The translations under genes were made by a program, and so were the position numbers. Source: Lingula anatina (taxonomy: Eukaryota; Animalia; Brachiopoda). Taken from it: a stretch of 64,000 bases of DNA. Numbering within the stretch: position 1 is the first letter of the stretch; each line of letters opens with the position of its first letter. The notes under the pieces are model-generated. The model did not search any database and was not told the origin of the DNA. It saw only the letters and a list, made by a program, of their open reading frames with translations. Positions 51,125-64,000 of the stretch are shown here, in pieces. The stretch spans positions 22,444,001 to 22,508,000 of the forward strand of contig CM120645.1 in the NCBI GenBank assembly GCA_051362555.1, given 5' to 3'.

Positions 51125-52903
51125 ATGGAGGAACACGGAGAAACGTGTTTGGAACAAACCCATTTAGTAAGTACGGATCCTTGTGTTTGGCTACAATGTG
51201 TAATAAGCCTATATCTATTGCACGGGATTTGATATAAATGACTGATTGACGCAGATTGACTGATTGTCGCAGTATAATAGATAAGGTGCGCCAAATAGAT
51301 AGTAGAAACATGCTCACTGTGTCTTTTGTACTCACTGTCGTCCTTATAGATAGAAATATGGCGAACGCATTGCTCCTATCAGCTTTTGGAATACCCCAGG
51401 TTTGTCCCTCGTTAAATTCGTTCAGTCGGTGGAAGCTGTTCGAATCTTATTCAGTCATTTGTAATTCCAAATTTATAAACAAGCTACAAAATTAACAATT
51501 CTCTCCAAGGTACATAAAGAAGACATTCCCGTGAAAAAAGTTTACTCGGGAGCAGATTATGATGTACTATTTGAGCCTGATGTGTATCTTAGCGATCAAT
51601 ATAGCGACTTCGTGACGTCATCATCCTCAGAGATCACAGCAATCATGAACCGTCTTCACGAAGTATATAGCACAGGTACGTCGTTTTCTTTCAGACGCTT
51701 ATGAAGCAAGTGCTCATGTCAAATCATTGCCGCCAAACTCAACCAAATGCCAACAGTATGTCAAATAATGTAATATAAATCATGTCCAGATAGTGTATTT
51801 GGAAAACTAAGAATGCAAAAAGTTCTTGGAAACTTCGACTTTCTAAATTACAATGAAATGCGCCCTTCGACCAATTTATTCCAATTCATAACTAAACCAG
51901 TGCAAATGCTTTATAAATACATTACATAATTTTAATTTTAAGTTAAAACTTCTGCACACAGAGATCGTGGTTAGTTTTCAAATAATACACGGTGTGTTTT
52001 CCCTCCAGGAAACATCAAGGGACAGAGACTACTGGACATTGGAACAGGACCTTCTCTTGTCAACTTGATAAGTGCTTCTAGATGCTTTGAAGAAATTTAT
52101 CTCTCAGATTTCTCCACCGCTAACCGGAATGCTCTGAAAAAATGGCAGAAGAAAGAGGAAAGAGAAACTTGGAGCTGGGAGTCTTTCTTTCGTCATGTGG
52201 CGAAGTTAGAGGGAAACGAGTGAGTGTAATTGTATATCTGAGATCTTTCTTGGATATCATGTCAGCAACTGATTTGAAGAATGTGATCTATGTCTGGTTT
52301 GAGGAAATGACACTACCAACAGGCCATTCGCCTTATCTTTAAAGTACGGTCACAGCCAAATGAGATTCAAGTAATACTAATTTAGCATCACTATATGCAT
52401 GTTTAAAGCAATGGCAGCATGCTTTATAAAACTGTAGAAGTGAACAGTTTTTTGTTCACATTTTCAGAGACAGTTGGAACTCGCTACAAGATGAATTCCG
52501 AGATAAAACAAAAGCCGTATATTTCTGCGATGTGAACAACGCCAACCCGTTAAGTCCCGTGGATACGGCCCCTTTTGATACAATCACCACCAGCTATTGC
52601 TTGGAGACTGCGTGTCAGAACGAGGGGGAGTATCGGCAAGCAATGAAAAACGTTGCGTCGCTTCTGAAACCAAGGGGGTATTTCATTATGCTGGCAGGGT
52701 TGAAGGAAACTTATTATCTGGTTGGAGGTAATAACTGGCGAACGCTGCCCCTGCAAGAGGAACAATACAGAGATGCTTTGCAAAAGGCAGATCTGGAAGT
52801 TGTTTCGTGGCATCCTATTAAACGCCAAGAGAATGTTTTGGATATTGAGTCCGACTATGTCGGTTGCTTTATTGTCGTTGCGAGAAAGAAGAATGGTCCT
52901 TAA
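51125..52903 (+). CDS. NNMT/INMT/PNMT-family small-molecule methyltransferase, copy 1; exons 51125-51166, 51510-51675, 52009-52219, 52468-52903
   Basis: FEPDVYL..Y, GQRLLDIGTGP SAM motif, EEIYLSDF..ANR, CDV..NPL, CLETAC, LLKPRG, YYLVG, FIVVARK. Phases are consistent. Confidence 0.9.
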
Positions 52904-54054
52904 AAAAAAGCTGTTAACCTGTTTAATGAACATTCAACTGCATTCCCTTTTAAAATATGAATGAATAAATGGATATTGAAACTAGATTATTATTATTATT
53001 GTTGTTGTTGTTGATGATGATGTTGTTGAATCGTAAAAAATCTGATAACAATTTTCACTTTTGTGTTGTTGGGCTCGTCTCTATCGAATTTATTATAAGT
53101 AATTTCAGATAATCATCAGCTTGATTTAAAAAGAAGAGACATTTTCAGTGTGGTTTGCCCAAATGTTTGATATTGTGACAAACTATTAAAAACATTTGCT
53201 GATAGAGCAAAACCTAAAATTACCTGCTTATTTTCCCCTCGGCGGCGCGCCATTCTTAAAATCTAAAATTGAGCTTTATTTCATAGGTTGTATTATGAGA
53301 TTATGAGTTATGCAGTTCTCTGAAATAGAAACTAATATGTGGCATTAATTTTAATTGGAAAAAGCCATCATAAAAAGTGATTTGGTAGGCAATATTATTT
53401 CATCTATAATATTCTGAGGTGCTATATTTATATTTTTGTGTTGACAAGTATGTGGGATAACACAACAAAGATGCATTCCAACCAAAATGGTCTTCATTCG
53501 GTGTGTAACACTACATCGTTAAAACCCCCAAATCTACCAGGGATGCTGTCGGCGCTTTTTTTTTCTAACAAATACATGTATATAAAACATTACTAGAGAA
53601 TTGATGAGATGAATATATCGATTGATTATTGATCATCACTTGAAGGGGAATTCCGATAGGCAATTCTTATACAGATTATAGAGAATACTCATATAAACAA
53701 TAGGCTTCATGCGTTACTTTGGGTTAATCTTATTACTTCAGTTAAGTGTTTTCAAATACCTACCAAATTTATGTGCTCTCCAACAAAATAAACAATTTTT
53801 CTCCTAAGCGTCAAGGGTCATTTCGTTACCTTTAACAAATAGTAGAAATTTAGTTTTCTCATTGAAGAATGCAGGCTTATCGAGCCCTCAAATCACTGAA
53901 AATAAGTGCTTTTCTTTTTCTTTCTTTTTTTTTTTTTGTTATGAATGTCGCAGTGTTAATACCAAACCGTGACCTATGTTTACGCGTATATGACACTCTA
54001 TATTTATCTTCGGCTGTCAAAGCCAAATTTATGTTTTTTAAGTATAAAACACTG

Positions 54055-54064
54055 TTATTATTAC

Positions 54065-54103
<39 letters not shown>
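54055..54103. repeat. (TTA)n microsatellite
   Basis: Direct observation. Confidence 0.9.
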
Positions 54104-54104
<1 letters not shown>

Positions 54105-54244
54105 GTACACGGTGTAAATATCTTTTTTGCTTAAAAATTTTACCCCTTTTTTGTGGAATTGGATGTCAATTATACAATCGTAAAATCACATGATACCCTT
54201 CCAACGTCGCCCTGTATTTGGAAGAAAGTGATCAGATCACTGTG

Positions 54245-56518
54245 ATGGAGGGACGCAGGGGTGTGCGTTTGGGAGAAACAAATTCGGTAAGTTCCGTTCT
54301 CTACAGAATTGTCATTAAAGAGATCACTGAAGAGAAACTCTTCTGTAATTTAGATATACTTTTACGCATATTTATATAAATAATACGACTTTTTCGAAGT
54401 AAAGTGTTATGTTAAGTAATGTCTATATGCTTGTCAAACTACAATTTCCTCATTACATATTTGCGCGTAAGTTAAAATAAACGTAAATACATAATAAACG
54501 TAAATCTAATTATGGTGGGAGTAAAAAAGATTTGTAACGACACAACAACTTCGGAAAATGTTCCATAATGTGCAGAAAACTTTTATAACATGTAAGTACA
54601 GAAACCATCACACATTGTGACATAAAGTGTATTGTGTCGCCGAGACGTTGGACGGATAATAACTACAAGTTTATTATAATCATTATTTTAAAGGCATATG
54701 AAAAAGACCATCCCGTGAAGAAATTTCACTCGGGGGCAGATTATGATAAGTTGTTTCAGCCAGAAGTGTACCTCAATAGCCTCTATCGTGACGTCATCGA
54801 GGGAGGGAAGACAGCCACGGACATTACCGAAATTATAGACTACTTACACAAAATCTACAGTACAGGTACCAGTAACTTAACACTTCTCGTAAAAATAAGC
54901 ATTAGATAAACTGTGGAAAGGGCAATCATTAAATTCACTAAAAACGTGTGAAGGGCCCTGTATAATATTGTTCCCCCCTTTTTTTTTTTAATCTTGACCT
55001 GGAGTTAAATGTAAAGCGAGCGTGGATTTACAGTTATGTACATAAAGCACTTCTACTTATTTCTCTTACAACCAAAATAAAGTCAACATACCAAGAGGTT
55101 AGCCAAATTAACCTGTCGTTCCGACCCCCCCCCCCTCCTCCGAAAAAATTCCTTTATAACTGTTCCTATCTGAAATTTTGGGCGTATTGTCCAGTGAGAA
55201 AGGGTGACTTGCTCACACTCACTCAAACTCGCGTAAATTAGATCTTTTTTTTTTTTTACAATTTCAGGAAACATCAAGGGGCAGAGACTCTTGGACGTTG
55301 GCACTGGACCTTCTCTTGTCAACCTGATTAGTGCTTCTAGATGTTTTGAAGAAATTTATCTCTCAGATTTCTCCACCGCTAACAGGGATGCTCTGGAAAA
55401 ATGGTGGAAAAAAGAGGAGAGTGAAGCTTGGAGCTGGGAATATTTCTTTCGTTATGTGGCAAAGTTAGAGGGAAACGAGTATGTAGATCTTTTTCGACTC
55501 GCAAAACCATATGCATGAAGTTACCTTGCAGAGAAGTGTAAAGGATTTGTTTTGTTATTTGGTTCTTTAGGGGACAGCAGAATGAACTTCTTGGGTGGAC
55601 CCCTTTAAACATGTTTGAACGTCACGTGTGTCTGTGCAAATATGTCAACGTCATTAAATAGCTTCGTTAAGTGGTTATGAGAGAAAAACTTCACATAGAA
55701 AATTAAGGACAGGTGACTTAACTTTTCTTTTCTCTTGTGTTAGCAGGTGTGTCGAAAAGTAAAATTTGGGATTCGCCAGTAGGCATGTCAAAGCATTCCA
55801 TGGCATTTCATGATTTACCAATTTTCATTACCTCATGAATGTGTATATGTGTGTGTGCGTGTGTGTTGATTTCTGTTTAAAACTAGTACCCAAGGAAAAG
55901 TTTGAAGAAGTAAAAGGTATAAGATTAGATTGGAAAACCAATTTTAAAACAACCAAACTACGATGTACTTACCTCGCTTTTGTAGTAGAACGATACACTG
56001 TTTTATTTTGTTCACCTATCGTTGTTATGTGTCTGTATTTAAAAGTAAAGAAATAAGGTTTTGGTTTGTATTACTTCAGAGACGGGTGGGATTCACTGCA
56101 AGATGAATTCCGAAGAAAATTAAAAGACATCTATTTCTGCGACGTGAACAACCGAAACCCATTGAGCCCTTTGGAAACGGATCCCTTTGATACCATAACG
56201 AGCGGCTTCTGCCTGGAGTATGCGTGTTTGAGTGAGAGTACATATCGACAGGCAATGAAAAATGTGACTTCATTACTGAAGTCAGGCGGTTATTTCATAA
56301 TGCATGGAGGCATCAATGAATCTTTCTATCAAGTGGGGACTAAGAGGTGGGGTGGTCTGGCCATGCAAGAGAACCAGTTTAGAGAAGCGATGACAGAAGC
56401 TGGTTTGGAGATCAGGGCCTGGTACCAGATCAAGCGCCCAGATTGTTATCCAGATTCCGAGTCCGATTACGAAGGCTGCTTCATTGTCGTTGCAGTAAAA
56501 AATCCCTTAGCAAAATGA
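54245..56518 (+). CDS. NNMT/INMT/PNMT-family methyltransferase, copy 2; exons 54245-54286, 54694-54865, 55268-55478, 56080-56518
   Basis: Same exon structure and motifs as copy 1; 42-nt first coding exon ends at GTAAGT. Confidence 0.9.
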
Positions 56519-58055
56519 AAAGGTTTGCAGCAATATTACATCATTATCATCAAAAGTTTCCCGCAACGAGTTTGCGAGAAAAATTTATTACTGCCAATTT
56601 GCATCCATATTGCAGCAAATTTGCAAGTAGGAATTGTAGTTTGCAGCAACATTGCAGCAAATTTGCTGAAAATTCACTGCAAATTTGCAGCAGGCCTGAT
56701 ATTTCGCTGAGGAGCACGAATATTAACAGCAAATTAATGCACCTTCGGAACGACTTCACCAACTTGTTAAATGCACTTGAACTTATGTAAAAACTAGAGT
56801 TTAAACTTTTTCTATGTTGCTTAAGCAGAACAGGAAAAGAAACTCTTATCATTGAACTAAAAGCCAATATTGCCAGTAGGCTTGGGTTTTCTGAGGTGCC
56901 AGGAAAATTGATGTTTTCCGCTTTACATTTTGAAGCGTATTATCGAATAAAGCATAATTTTTTCTTTCAATTATTGGGTGAATAATGCAAATGTCATCTC
57001 TTTTATGGAAATGTACATCTGGAATTATAAGTAAATACATGTAACTTTTGAATGGGAAACGAGTTTAGAGCCTTTGGGAGACAAAAACAACAGGGGGACT
57101 AAGAGCTTGACACATGGTTTCAAGGATATCATGTGTCTAAAATATGTTTGCTCATCCAAGATGCTGCCACCAGCCATCACAACGAATCTGTACACCATTC
57201 TTTACCTCAGTTTATCACAAACAGGGATCGATTTTGATAAGCTCTTATTGATAAAAAACATATATGATAAAAGATATATGACAAAAGATAGCATTACACA
57301 GCCAATGTCGGAGAACAAGCCACCAAACAAGAAAGAGACTTATAATGAGGTTCGAAACACACGTAGACCATCAAGTTGAAATAGACGCACCTTCAAGATG
57401 TAGGAAATAAAGAATTAAATATTAAGAGAAAATGGGCATTATGCTCCTAAGCAAAAATAGGAATTGTTTTAAAACAAAGATGACCTCCCAACTCCTCTAA
57501 AGCCACCCTGTCCACTCCACGTTTCTATTGACTTGTATGTACTTGTAGTAATAGCGTTGAGTGACTGATGTTCAAGTACTGTGACGTCATACACCGCTTG
57601 TCGTTTCGTCATAAATTCAGAAAGCTTTGATGAATTGACGGGTTCGCTGAAGCGTATGTCAGGATATGAACATGGCCCGTATCAGAACTGAATGCTAGCT
57701 GGCAATGAGAGTAAGTAAGATTAAACCATGTATTCAGTATTTAAAGAATAAACAAAGGAAGACAGATAACCAAGGCGATCCACTTACACGTAAGTAGCCT
57801 GCATCAGTGAAGACGTACAACTGATCGTTGAAACTGTTGGTCGCTCAGCCGAGTCTGTATCGTGTGCGCCAGCCTTTCAGACCTGAGGGTGTGACGTCAC
57901 GACTGACCACCCTACTGTCCACTTGGACAGGTCACTGGTGGACTGGGCCAGGAGTGACCCGGTTTACCACCCCCACTGTGAGTAGGTCAGCCGTATTGAG
58001 CGTGAAGGCCAAATTGGTGAGTAGGCCTCAGATTGCAGGCGAGGGAATACTCTTC

Positions 58056-59948
58056 ATGGAGGGACCCATTGGTGTACGTTTGGAATATATAAATTCAGTA
58101 AGTTCTGTCCTTTACAAAAATCTTTATACATATTAATTAAGGAAAACATTTTGCAAAGAGGCATGTGTTGCTATATTCTGTAGATTTATGAAGAATTTAT
58201 CATACTCTATTGCTTTCTTATTGAATATATACTTTTCAAACTGTACAATTTTCCCGGGACGTACTGGTGAATAAGTCGCAATAAACAGCTTATATGTGTA
58301 CATGTACCTTGAATAAAATCTGTAACACCACTATTCAATAATAGTGTGAAGAAAGTACCTATTAAGTATAGAAAACGCAATATTTTTACTTGTAATTGAA
58401 GGTATCGCCGAGGCGTCGGATAGATAATAGCTGCAAGTTTATTATATTTTAAAGGTACGTGAAAAATACCATCCCGTGAAGAAATTTCACTCGGGGGCAG
58501 ATTATGATAAGTTGTTTGATCCCGAGGTGTACCTCAATAGCCTGTACAGTGACTTCATCGAGGGAGCACCAACAGCTACAGAGACCACTGAAGTTATAGA
58601 CTACTTCCACAAACTTTACAGTACAGGTATTCTAACTTCCTTTATAAAACATGAACATTTATTAACTACCTGTACGGGACAGTCTTACAAAAATTTGTAT
58701 TGCAAAAATCGACTGAAGAGTTTTGGATGGTTCTTAATGTCAACACGCTATTTTCTGGGGGGGGGGGGGGGGGGGGGCGGAGAGAGGTGCCATGAATACT
58801 CCCCACCGCCTTTGTTTTACTACGAGTGTTTGACTCGACCTCCTGCAGAATGGACTTGACCGATGTTATTTCAATAGAAATGGTATTTTTTTGTTTGCAG
58901 GGAACATCAAGGGGCAGAGACTGCTGGACGTTGGAACAGGACCTTCTCTTATCAACCTGATAAGTGCTTCTAGATGCTTTGAAGAAATTTATCTCTCAGA
59001 TTTCTCCACCGCTAACCGGAATGCCCTGAAACAATGGTGGAACAAAGAAGAGAATGACAAATGGAGCTGGGAGTCATTCTTCCGTCATGTGGCAAAGTTA
59101 GAGGGAAACGAGTAAGTACATGTAGATAATCTCATCTTCTTCGACTCGCCGAACTATATTTCAACTACACAAATTACCTTTTGTTGAACTGTAAATGTAG
59201 TTGCGTTATTCGGTTTTAAATGGAAAACAGAATGAACTTTATGGGCTGGCAAATATGCTAAAAGATAAATTTGACAATAGGGCCAGTGGAGATGTCAAAG
59301 AAGATCATGCTTTCTTAATGATCAACACCATCAGCCATTGTGCGCGTGTTTTACATACAGTACGTACCACTCGAAAATTTCTGTTTCAAATGATTATCCG
59401 ACTCAAAAGGGGGTTGATTTAGAAGAGAGATAGTGTTTTATTTTTTTAATTCTTATTGTCACGTATTTGCAATTCCAAAAAGGATAGTAATAACGCATTA
59501 ATTTTTTTCCAGAGACGAGTGGAAGTCGCTGCAAGATGAATTCCGGAGTAGACTAAAAGACATCTATTTCTGCGACGTGAACAACCCAAACCCATTGAGC
59601 CCTTTGGAGACGGAACCCTTTGATACCATTACCAGTGGCTATTGCTTGGAGTTTGCGTGTTTGAGTGAGCGTGCATATCGACAGGCAATGAAAAATATGA
59701 CGTCATTACTGAAGCCAGGCGGTAATTTCATAATGCATGGAGGCATCAATGAATCTTTCTATCAAGTGGGGACAGACAGGTGGGGTGGGCTGTCCATGCA
59801 CGAGAACCAGTTTAGAGACGCAATGACAGAAGCTGGATTTGAAATCAAGTCCTGGTACCAGATAAAGCGTCCAGAAAATATTTCAGACTGCGAGTCCGAT
59901 TACGAGGGCTGCTTCATTGTCGTTGCGATGAAAAATAGCGATTGTTAA
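58056..59948 (+). CDS. NNMT/INMT/PNMT-family methyltransferase, copy 3; exons 58056-58097, 58455-58626, 58901-59111, 59513-59948
   Basis: Same exon structure and motifs; overall closest to copy 2. Confidence 0.9.
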
Positions 59949-60529
59949 CAGCGATGCAGAACGAACTGTACATATGATACGAACTCTCCTGCTCACAGTT
60001 ATATTTCATGTCACGTGACATAGGATTCCTGGTGTCGCGCAGGAACCATGAACGTTATGTCTCATTCTTGATATTAATTCATTTTCATTATTGTGCGCAT
60101 TACAGAAAATGCTTATCTAATAATATATAAAATAACTAATAAAACTTGAATCAGCAAAAGTTCAATTATACAAATACACAGTCTACTGCAAAATTAATTG
60201 TGCAAAAACTTCACTTCCCGAAAAATTTACATTAAGTTTGACAACTAAAAATGAAAAGTACCTTTCCCATATAGAGCCAATATTGTCACACAGTCGCGGT
60301 TTAAGTTTCATCTTTTCTTTTCGTCTTTTCTTTTCTTTTCAAATTCTTAATTCATTCCTGCTAAAAAAAAAAGTTCTATTAGATAAAAACAGCAGAGGGA
60401 TGATTTAAGTTGCAAAATGTGAAAAAAGAAAAATAAACAATAACCTCCTTATTGTTTTATTTTCTTAAAAATTTAAAGCCCCCACCCCCTTTTGTTGTAA
60501 AAAAGGTACATGACATGACGACGGAATTG

Positions 60530-60691
60530 TGATGTTGACCAATCAGTGAGAAGAACGGAAAACGACGTCGACTAGCACTTTGTGACGTCAGCGTACTGTG
60601 ACGTAGGCAGTATTGTATCTTTAACCAATCAGTGAATTGAACGGGTGCGTAGCAACCCGATAGTCTCAGAATTGCGGCAATTTGCGAATTG
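60530..60691 (+). promoter_or_regulatory. CpG-rich promoter and probable non-coding first exon of the orphan gene
   Basis: CCAAT at 60539 and 60625, palindromic CRE TGACGTCA at 60583, GTGAGT donor at 60692, acceptor at 60992. Confidence 0.55.
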
Positions 60692-61031
60692 GTGAGTTGC
60701 ACACATCGATTGAGATTTTTATATTCGAAAAAATGGAGATCAAGACAAAATGGAGTTATTTGATTCGAGTGTACCGAATTTAAACGTGTTGAATGCGTGT
60801 ACCTATCATGTTTATCTTGAGACGAAAAAAAATAAAAATAAAATAAAATCTTGTAAAGAAAAACTACTGAATCCCTCTAAATGTAAACATGCCAACTACG
60901 TCTTTATCGTTTATCCTAGATACGCAATTCTTCTTCTGCAAATATTTCGACGACTCAGTACGTATATAGTACGTTTATTGCTTTCTTTCTAGATTTCATA
61001 TCGAGATAAATTGCATAACAGAGTTCTAATA

Positions 61032-62119
61032 ATGTTTGATGAATGCGGAAAATTTATGTTAGAAGTAGAGAGGGGAGGTGAGTGATAATTTGTGGGCCCA
61101 CACGTTACACGTATTCTTTACTAGACTTGTTCACAATGACAGTGCTTTTTCTTCGAAATTTTGTCAAAGACATTTTAAAGACTCCTAAAGATTGAACTGT
61201 ATAAGACGTATAAATTCCTTACAATTTTTTCATTACTTGACGCATATATTGATCAAATAGTCTAACAGCATTTTAATAAAACACCATGTACATATCCATT
61301 CACACCCTATTATTTTTGATCTAGGGTATAATCACGGTGTTGAGGCTGAAAAGGTGTGTCCTCTTGACCGTCCAAACCACGCCTTTGCCCGCGTGATTGA
61401 CATGACATCTGGTACTGCGTGTGCCGGGATGTTTTGGGTCCCTATGATTGGCAGGCCCGTTGGGTGGCGCTTGGAGGATCTGCCCGGTCCTGAGGTCGCC
61501 ACCAAGGTCCTCTTCCTCAACAAACTACCCACGATTGAGGAGGACCCTCTAATATGGCCAGGTAGATAGAGAATTCAACCTCAGTACAGTCACAGTCTTT
61601 TTTCCTATTTCTTTTAATCCAGTTATCTTTGTTAGTGCTCTTATTTTTTTAGACCTTAAGTCATCGTAAGTCCAGAAATTGATTTTTAGAAAAATATATC
61701 TAATTTACCTTGGACATAGATGAGAACAAACGAACAGTAATCATTACATTTTTTATTATTATTTTAGATGTATACGCTCGTGAAGAAAACATTCCGAGCG
61801 TCAACATCAGAAAAGGCAAGAAATCTTTTTTGAAAAGAGTCAAGGCCAGAATATTGAAAGCACTGCCAAGATGCCTTAAGCAGGTAAGGATTTAAAATAT
61901 GTCATGATCCTAGTAAATATTGAAATATCGATTGTAATTTTAAGATATATGAAAAAGTGAAATGTTTTTTGCTTTCACACTTCACTTTTGTCATATTCAT
62001 AAATAAGAGATTTTGTGCATCCTCATCAATTACACATTCAATTATATTATTTATTTGAACAATATTTTTATATACAATATCATGCTTCTTTATATTTACA
62101 GTGTTTTACCAGCAATTAA
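61032..62119 (+). CDS. Uncharacterised 138-aa protein; exons 61032-61077, 61325-61561, 61768-61883, 62102-62119
   Basis: Four GT-AG-bounded exons join in frame (phases 1, 1, 0): 46+237+116+18 = 417 nt, ATG to TAA. No family recognised. Confidence 0.6.
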
Positions 62120-64000
62120 AACACGAACTCAGACCAACACGAATGAGCAGTCAGTCATCCAAGACCACGTCCATCTTAAAGACTGACGTCACCATGGTGC
62201 AGCCATCTCCACGCCCTTTTACATGTTAGGACACTGTGGCAGTGCTCAGTCAGTCTGTTCATAGTCCGGATGGTGGATGACAAAACAGCTCCGTGTCGTG
62301 CAATATCTATAGATGTGTTGATGAGGGGAGAGTGCAATAACTTACCTCACTGTTGAGTCCGAAATGAGTGAACAAGTGCCAAGTCTAGAGCAAGCGATTG
62401 ACTGTGGTTAGGACTTATATGGCAAAGTGACACCTTCATCAGCTCTTTGTTACAAGCTATTAGCAGTTGTGCTATTAATTTTTTTATTCCGTTCAGCTGT
62501 GCTGGCGGTTGTATATAGCTTACGTATATGTACAAAGAAAAATAATAAATAAAAGTGAAATAACAATAAACATCGGCAAATTCTTCAATGCAAACCATGC
62601 ATTGTCTTATTGTGTATATAGTAAAATTGTAAATATACCGGTATTTCATGATCTTTCATATGGCGTTTGTCTTGTTATTTTTTATACATCTTGCAAAAAC
62701 ACTAACAGCATGTGATTAGATGCGAATACAAAATTGTAGTTTTTTTTAACTGTTTCATAATATATATATTATAATTATATTTTCACAATTTTAATTGTTA
62801 AAGAAATCATTTAAACATTCCATATCTGAATCAGCACACCTAGAAACTTAAAGAACGAATTGTTTTTCAGAAAGCGCCTCTCACAGCACGTTTTCTTGTT
62901 AAAAAAAAAAACGTTAAAAGAGGCCGTTTCAAATGTGTTTCTCAAAGCTAATAGTGCGACGGCGAAATTGATTGTGCTAGTTGAGACTAGACAGATTAAC
63001 CAATCGCAATGTAATCAACAGTCCGCCATTGCGGCAAATTTAGCTGCGAAGTGAAATGAACAAGTGGGAAGATTTGAGAAAATGCGAACGGTTATGTTGT
63101 CCGCACAGCGAAAAGGTCTGTATAGTTATAAGTAACTTATAACCGAAAATATTGTCAGAGCTTAAAGCTCATTAAATATGTGCAGCTATTCAAGAAACTA
63201 AGGCGAATTACTGTAGACCTATCTGCCGAACTTGAAGTTGAGTAATTTACAGAGAAACACTGTTCTGAATGGAAGTATATGAAATCCCAAACACCTCGTT
63301 CTTCTGAACCTGTGTACTTTTACGGAACAGATAATAAGCACAAAGCTCAATGTTCAAGTTTAAAGAACTTTTAAGCACCCACTCTTCAACCCCGTGAAAC
63401 TGTCTATCAGTGTGCCGCTGTTAAATACCCCCTGCCACTTTGCGATATTTTTATTATATTTGGGTGAGGGGGAGGGGTCAAAGTAATTTCCAAATTTGTC
63501 ATAAAAAAATTTGAAAGTGTAAAATGAAATGTAAAATCAAACTTGATTTTCGCTTTTCCTTTTAAAAAAGAAAATAATTCCTCATTTTTCTGTTTTTACT
63601 TTGATGTACTAAAAATGAAAGTAGAACTGTCTTGGGCATACTGTACATGTATCTCTGTTTTCTGTTACAACTTCTAATGCCATTAAGTTAATGTGAAATC
63701 TTGCATTCAGTGGGATCTTTGGAGAGTTGGGTTGATCTTTGTAGAACAAGTTTCATTTGGAATAAACCTTTAGTTGTCAACATGTGAAATTAACTATTTA
63801 CTTTATGTGTTTTTTTTTCTATGTTCTTTCCCAATTCAAGGCCACATTTCCTCTCAACACAAAGTTAAACAATTGGGGGAATACTCCGAATATATGTCTT
63901 GGAATTGCATCAGCAATGTAAGAAAAAAAGATACCAGAGTCTGGCTGCCTTCTGTATGGAAATAGCAACCACTGGCTTAACAATCTTGTCTAGCAAGTAC

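Noticed and set aside
56560-56712. GCAGCAAATTTGC repeat cluster after methyltransferase copy 2
   Set aside because: Probably a small decayed MITE, but termini and TSD cannot be defined.
62143-62553. Coding-looking frames after the orphan gene, including a hydrophobic stretch
   Set aside because: Interrupted by several stops and not in frame with the orphan CDS; probably 3' UTR or decayed sequence.

Overview
AT-rich, intron-rich animal genomic DNA, probably from a marine invertebrate (the Helentron/pearl-type repeats resemble those of molluscs; inference). Genes reconstructed by hand from splice sites and exon phases: the first exon of a LAP2/thymopoietin-like LEM-like-domain gene (-), APEX2 (+), MTMR14 (-), TRMU (+), an HPGD/15-PGDH-like SDR with an extra signal-anchor exon (-), three tandem NNMT/INMT/PNMT-family methyltransferases (+), and an unrecognised 138-aa spliced orphan gene (+). 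Mobile DNA: an intact BEL/Pao LTR retrotransposon with identical 294-bp LTRs and a CTATG TSD in MTMR14 intron 2, nested TIR elements and a Helentron-like element with a 146-bp satellite in APEX2 introns, a second Helentron-like element just after the APEX2 stop, and several MITEs. The most striking signal is that the BEL element has no tRNA-type (TGG) primer-binding site; its PBS is instead complementary to a segment of its own LTR, the geometry of Tf1-style self-priming. All calls are by eye with no database searches.
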